Positions 55,166 through 59,733 of a DNA stretch of 59,733 nucleotides are shown piece by piece. Under the pieces are notes generated by a model. It was not told the origin of the DNA, did not search any database, and worked only from the letters and a program-made list of their open reading frames with translations. The translations under genes and the position numbers were made by a program. How positions within the stretch are numbered: position 1 is the first letter of the stretch; each line of letters starts with the position of its first letter. This DNA comes from a virus (lineage: Duplodnaviria; Caudoviricetes). Location: the IMG/VR virus record IMGVR_UViG_3300043444_000048, positions 1-59,733 of that record; one strand, written 5' to 3'.

Positions 55166-55822
55166 ATGAGTGTTATTAAGGGACTTAAGAACATCAATGC
55201 ACTACTAGACAAGCCAAAGTATGACGAGAACACTGCAAAGGTTCGTTGGCTTAAGCTTGCAGACGGTCAGTCTGTCAAGATTCGTTTCGTCGAAGAGCTG
55301 GACGAAGATTCAGCTAGCTACTCAGCAGACCGTGGCCTTGCCCTCGTTGTCAAGGAGCACACCAATCCAAAGGACTACAAGCGTAAGGCTGTAGACACCA
55401 TGGACACTGAAGGTCGTGACTGGGCAGAAGAGATGCACCGCAAGGATCCAAAGGCTGGTTGGCGAGGTCGCCTACGCTTCTACTGCAACGTTGTTGTAGA
55501 TGATGGCATCGAGGCTCCATACGTTGCAATCTGGTCAATGGGTGTTAGCAAGCAGTCTGCATTCAACACTATTCGTGAGTATGCTATCGAGACTGGCAGC
55601 ATCTCAAACCTACAGTGGAAGCTCAAGCGTAATGGTCAGGGAACTGAAACCAGCTACACCTTGATCCCATCAGCACCTGACACCCAGCCATTCGATTGGT
55701 CAAATGTCAAGCCTTTCCCACTCGAATCAGCATTGAACAAGATTCCATATGCTGAGCAAGAGGCATTCTACCTGGGCTTTGATGGCCCATCTTCATCCGC
55801 CACTTCCAACATCGACTGGTAA
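55166..55822 (+). CDS. Single-stranded DNA-binding protein (phage type)
   Basis: WLKLADGQSVKIRF and KLKRNGQGTETSYTL motifs, acidic-aromatic tail (IDW); between primase and polymerase. Confidence 0.7.
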   Translation: MSVIKGLKNINALLDKPKYDENTAKVRWLKLADGQSVKIRFVEELDEDSASYSADRGLALVVKEHTNPKDYKRKAVDTMDTEGRDWAEEMHRKDPKAGWRGRLRFYCNVVVDDGIEAPYVAIWSMGVSKQSAFNTIREYAIETGSISNLQWKLKRNGQGTETSYTLIPSAPDTQPFDWSNVKPFPLESALNKIPYAEQEAFYLGFDGPSSSATSNIDW

Positions 55823-55837
55823 GAAAGGTTTTCTACG

Positions 55838-58800
55838 TTGAGTTACATTGGTTTGCACGTTCACACCCACTATTCTCTATTTGACGGCATCGCAACTCCA
55901 GCAGAGTACGTTGACCGTGCTCAGGAGCTAGGCATGTCAGCTCTAGCTATTACTGACCATGGTTCTCTATCTGGACACCGTGAGATGTATCGTGCTGCAA
56001 AAGAGAAGGGTATCAAGCCAATCCTTGGCGTAGAAGGCTACATAACTGAAAACAGGTTCGACCAGCGAGACAAAGAACAGAGACAGGGACCACTAGATCT
56101 CGTCTATAATCACATTATTATTCTCGCTAAGAACGACATTGGGCTAGAAAATCTAAACAAGCTCAATGAGATTGCGTGGACTGAAGGTTACTACAAGAAG
56201 CCACGTATCGACTACGAGGTGCTAGAGAAGTACTCAGAGGGGCTTATCGTCCTTTCTGGGTGCCTCTCTGGTGCCCTAGCCAAAGCCATCGAGGCTGAAG
56301 AATTCGCAGAAGCGAAAAGAATTATTGAGTGGCACAAGCGTGTCTTCGGAGACGACTATTACATCGAAGTAATGCCACACAATCCTGCAGAGGTAAACAA
56401 GCAGCTTCTTGCTCTGGCAGATGAATATGGAGTCAAGGCTGTCATTACACCTGACTGCCACCACGCTCACACTGGTCAGAAAGAAATCCAGGAGCTAAAG
56501 CTTATCCTTAACACCTACTCTAACAAGGTTCAGAAGGATGTCACATACGAGAAGTCAACTAAGTTTGATAATCTAGTAGATCGCCTAGAGTACCTGTACG
56601 GTAAGCGAGACATCACCTTTACAGAGTTTGACATCCACCTATTGTCTGACGATGAGATGCACGATGCCATGAAGGCTCAGGGTATCGATCGTGAAGACAT
56701 GTATGAAGCCACCATTGAGATTGCTGACAAGATTAGCGACTATGGAATTAAGGACCACGCAAACCTTCTCCCAGTACAGTATCAAGACCCAGACGGTGAG
56801 CTATACAAGCTTGCTATTGAGGGGCTAACTCAGCGTGGTCTAGTAAACAAAGAGAACTACCTAGCACGTCTAGACGAAGAGCTAGAGGTAATCAAGGCAA
56901 AGAACTTTGGTCCATACTTCCTAGTTGTACGCAATATGATTTCTTGGGCTAAGCAAGAGGGAATCATGGTAGGTCCAGGACGTGGTTCTGCTGCAGGCTC
57001 ATTGTTGTGTTATGCACTGGGTATCACTGACGTTGACCCTATTCAGCATGGCTTGCTGTTCTTCCGTTTTATCAACCCAGAGCGTAACGACTTCCCAGAT
57101 ATCGATACAGATATCCAGGACTCACGTCGTGAAGAGGTTAAGGACTATTTGGTACGTCAGTATCGTCACGTTGCATCTATCGCCACGTTCCTTGAGTTCA
57201 AGGACAAGGGTGTTGTTCGAGACATTGCACGTGTGCTCCACATCCCACTTACTGACGTTAACAAGGTCATGAAGGTTGTAGACACTTGGGACGACTACTG
57301 CACATCTAAGCAGGCTTCTTGGTTCCGTGAGAAGTACCCAGAGATTGAGATGTATGGAGACCAGCTACGTGGTCGCATCCGTGGTACAGGTATTCACGCT
57401 GCTGGTGTTGTTACCGCTAAAGAGCCAATCTTTAGATATGCACCAATGGAGACTCGTACGTCACCAGGATCTGGAGAGCGTATCCCTGTTGTAGCTGTAG
57501 ACATGGAAGAGGCAGAGCGTATTGGTCTTATTAAGATTGACGCACTTGGTCTAAAGACCTTGTCTGTTATTCAGGACACTCTAGCTATCATCAAGGACCG
57601 TACAGGTAAAAAGATTGACCTGCTGTCTCTTAACATGGAAGACTCTAAGGTATACGAGATGCTTTCTTCTGGATTCACCAAGGGTGTATTCCAATGTGAA
57701 GCTACGCCATATACTAATTTGCTAATTAAGATGGGCGTTAAAAACTTTGCTGAGCTAGCTGCTTCTAACGCTTTGGTTCGTCCAGGTGCAGCTAACACCA
57801 TTGGTAAGGACTACATTGCTCGTAAGCACGGTAAGCAGAATATCGCCTACCACCACCAGGTAATGAAGGCATTTACTGCTGAAACCTATGGCTGCATTCT
57901 TTATCAAGAGCAGGTTATGCTTGCCTGTACAGAACTTGGCGGTATGACAATGGCTGAAGCTGATAAGGTCCGTAAGATCATTGGTAAGAAGAAAGACGCT
58001 AAAGAGTTCAAGCAGTTCCAAGACAGATTTGTTGAGGGTGCTTCTAGATTCCTGTCTCCAAACATTGCAGAAGAGCTGTGGCACGACTTTGAGGCTCACG
58101 CAGGGTACTCGTTTAACAAGTCTCACGCTGTAGCCTACTCAACGCTATCCTACTGGACTGCATGGCTAAAGTACTACTATCCTCTAGAGTTCATGTACTC
58201 GTTGCTAAAGAACGAAAAAGACAAGGATGCTCGTACTGAGTATCTGATTGAGGCAAAGCGTATGAACATTCCTATTCGCTTGCCACATATCAATGAGTCT
58301 GACATTGACTTCAAGATTGAGGGTAAGGCTATCCGCTTTGGCTTGTCTGCTATTAAGTTTATTAGTGATAACATTGCAGAAAAGTATATTGCTGCACGAC
58401 CATTTGCATCATACAAGGAGCTAGAAGAATTTACTTTTGGCAAGGGTAATGGTGTTAATTCACGTGCTCTACAGGCACTAAGAGTAATTGGAGCAGCAAC
58501 ATTCCCAGACCAGCCACGCAATGACGAAGAGATCCGTGAAAACCTGTACGAGTATTTGAATCTACCAGAGTTTAACATTACGGTGCCAAACCACTTCCAC
58601 GCATTTATCAATGACGTGGCAGACTTTGAAGAAAAGGGTGTGTTTATCCTAATGGGTATGGTCAAGGCTATTAAGCGTGGCAAAGGCTGGTCTCGTGTAG
58701 AGATCCTAGACAAGACTGGTAGTGTTGGAATCTTCGACGAGGAGCAGACGGCTATTGAACCAGGTAAGACCTACCTGCTTCTTGCTAGCGATAATAGAAT

Positions 58801-59113
58801 TACTAGTGCTATTCAGGTAGAGGACCTGAAAAAGTCTGAATCTTCGCTTGTCAAGTTCTTGAACTACAAGCAGCTACCTTACAAGGATGAAGAGATGTAC
58901 GTTGTGTCATTTAGACCACGCATCACTAAGGCAGGCAAGAAGATGGCTAGCCTAACCCTAGCAGATAGCACCAGAGATTTGCACTCCGTAACCGTATTCC
59001 CAACGGCATTTCCAAAGGCATACATGAAGGTTAAAGAGGGCAACGCATACAAGTTTGACTTGGGCAAAACAAAAGATGGAACAATTATTATGGAGGACGT
59101 ATTCGATGTTTGA
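55838..59113 (+). CDS. dnaE: DNA polymerase III alpha subunit (family C)
   Basis: PHP motifs HVHTHYS and TDHG; GPGRGSAAGS, PDIDTD, HAAGVV, KIDALGL and YSFNKSHA. Confidence 0.97.
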   Translation: MSYIGLHVHTHYSLFDGIATPAEYVDRAQELGMSALAITDHGSLSGHREMYRAAKEKGIKPILGVEGYITENRFDQRDKEQRQGPLDLVYNHIIILAKNDIGLENLNKLNEIAWTEGYYKKPRIDYEVLEKYSEGLIVLSGCLSGALAKAIEAEEFAEAKRIIEWHKRVFGDDYYIEVMPHNPAEVNKQLLALADEYGVKAVITPDCHHAHTGQKEIQELKLILNTYSNKVQKDVTYEKSTKFDNLVDRLEYLYGKRDITFTEFDIHLLSDDEMHDAMKAQGIDREDMYEATIEIADKISDYGIKDHANLLPVQYQDPDGELYKLAIEGLTQRGLVNKENYLARLDEELEVIKAKNFGPYFLVVRNMISWAKQEGIMVGPGRGSAAGSLLCYALGITDVDPIQHGLLFFRFINPERNDFPDIDTDIQDSRREEVKDYLVRQYRHVASIATFLEFKDKGVVRDIARVLHIPLTDVNKVMKVVDTWDDYCTSKQASWFREKYPEIEMYGDQLRGRIRGTGIHAAGVVTAKEPIFRYAPMETRTSPGSGERIPVVAVDMEEAERIGLIKIDALGLKTLSVIQDTLAIIKDRTGKKIDLLSLNMEDSKVYEMLSSGFTKGVFQCEATPYTNLLIKMGVKNFAELAASNALVRPGAANTIGKDYIARKHGKQNIAYHHQVMKAFTAETYGCILYQEQVMLACTELGGMTMAEADKVRKIIGKKKDAKEFKQFQDRFVEGASRFLSPNIAEELWHDFEAHAGYSFNKSHAVAYSTLSYWTAWLKYYYPLEFMYSLLKNEKDKDARTEYLIEAKRMNIPIRLPHINESDIDFKIEGKAIRFGLSAIKFISDNIAEKYIAARPFASYKELEEFTFGKGNGVNSRALQALRVIGAATFPDQPRNDEEIRENLYEYLNLPEFNITVPNHFHAFINDVADFEEKGVFILMGMVKAIKRGKGWSRVEILDKTGSVGIFDEEQTAIEPGKTYLLLASDNRITSAIQVEDLKKSESSLVKFLNYKQLPYKDEEMYVVSFRPRITKAGKKMASLTLADSTRDLHSVTVFPTAFPKAYMKVKEGNAYKFDLGKTKDGTIIMEDVFDV

Positions 59114-59423
59114 TGAACTAGCAGAACAGCTGCATACAACGGCAGTTGCAAAAGGCTTTTGGCCAGAGGATGTAGACGATATCTTTATTACTAAGCAGCT
59201 TATGATGATTGTGTCAGAGGCTGTAGAGGTAATGGAGGCCATTCGTAAGGATAAGGGTGAAGACCAGATCGCTGATGAAATGGCTGACATTCTTATCCGA
59301 ACACTAGACCTATATGCAGGTCTGGTAGAGAATGGATATACTCGTGTATCACTCGACTACGCTCTCGACAAGAAGGCAAATATTAACAAGGACAGACCAG
59401 AAAGGCACGGTGTTCGCTTTTAA
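59106..59423 (+). CDS. MazG-like nucleotide pyrophosphohydrolase
   Basis: SEAVEVMEAIRK...DEMADILIR (ExxE...ExxD); start reassigned to ATG 59106. Confidence 0.8.
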   Translation: MFDELAEQLHTTAVAKGFWPEDVDDIFITKQLMMIVSEAVEVMEAIRKDKGEDQIADEMADILIRTLDLYAGLVENGYTRVSLDYALDKKANINKDRPERHGVRF

Positions 59424-59733
59424 TGACAACTATTGAAGAGGCTCTAGCACAGCTAGACCCAAAGATTAGAAAGCGGTTGGGACCAGCTATCGGAATTAAG
59501 ACAGAGTTCCAGCCTACACCAAGCCCAGGATTGAATCGTGCACTAGGTGGTGGATTCCCATACGGACGACAGGTTCTGCTATGGGGTAGCAAGTCTAGTG
59601 CGAAGTCTTCTCTTTGCTTGCAAACAATTGGCATGGCTCAGAAAGAGGGCAAGCTCTGTGCTTGGATTGATGCTGAGATGTCTTATGATGAAGAGTGGGC
59701 TAGACGACTTGGTGTAGATACTGAGCAGCTAAT
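59423..59733 (+). CDS. recA: RecA/UvsX-like recombinase (5' part, runs off the window)
   Basis: Hand-translated MTTIEEALAQLD...TPSPGLNRALGGGFPYGRQVLLWGSKSSAKSS...AWIDAE...ARRLGVD. Absent from the ORF track because there is no stop codon. Confidence 0.9.
   Translation, partial: MTTIEEALAQLDPKIRKRLGPAIGIKTEFQPTPSPGLNRALGGGFPYGRQVLLWGSKSSAKSSLCLQTIGMAQKEGKLCAWIDAEMSYDEEWARRLGVDTEQL

Noticed and set aside
55838-59113. Intein or split in DnaE
   Set aside because: Length and motif spacing fit an uninterrupted enzyme.
1-59733. tRNA, rRNA, integrase or alternative genetic code
   Set aside because: No cloverleaf or recombinase motifs were recognised, and genes translate full length with standard stops (TAA, TAG and TGA are all used).

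Overview
A 59.7 kb segment of a tailed dsDNA phage with a siphovirus-type, HK97-fold head. The host is most likely an actinobacterium, probably a low-GC freshwater type; this is inferred from pervasive leaderless genes and the gene content, not shown directly. Left to right: (1) the end of a leftward cluster of tiny genes with their own promoters; (2) a GT60-like GlcNAc transferase, a Cys-rich microprotein, a membrane protein, an AT-rich palindromic tract and a candidate ~55 nt hairpin sRNA; (3) a ~23 kb block of fibre, adhesin and minor virion genes, interrupted by an inverted pair of exported cell-wall hydrolases; (4) portal, prohead protease with a nested scaffold, major capsid, neck, tail tube, two paralogous tail assembly chaperones, a 3019 aa tape measure protein (TMP) and tail-tip genes; (5) a replication module (HTH protein, DnaB, primase, SSB, DnaE, MazG-like protein, partial RecA). 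No terminase, integrase, tRNA, CRISPR array or reverse transcriptase was recognised. The most notable observations are: the TMP appears to be a cargo-carrying polyprotein, with a DUF3626/ADP-ribosyltransferase-like domain bracketed by a duplicated ~53 aa module; a putative adhesin has a symmetric 24+24 Tyr-Thr repeat insert and is followed by two paralogous enzyme-like genes; the usual tail-chaperone frameshift appears to be replaced by gene duplication; and CCGG, GCGC and CGCG appear strongly avoided. All family calls come from motif recognition by eye, without database searches.
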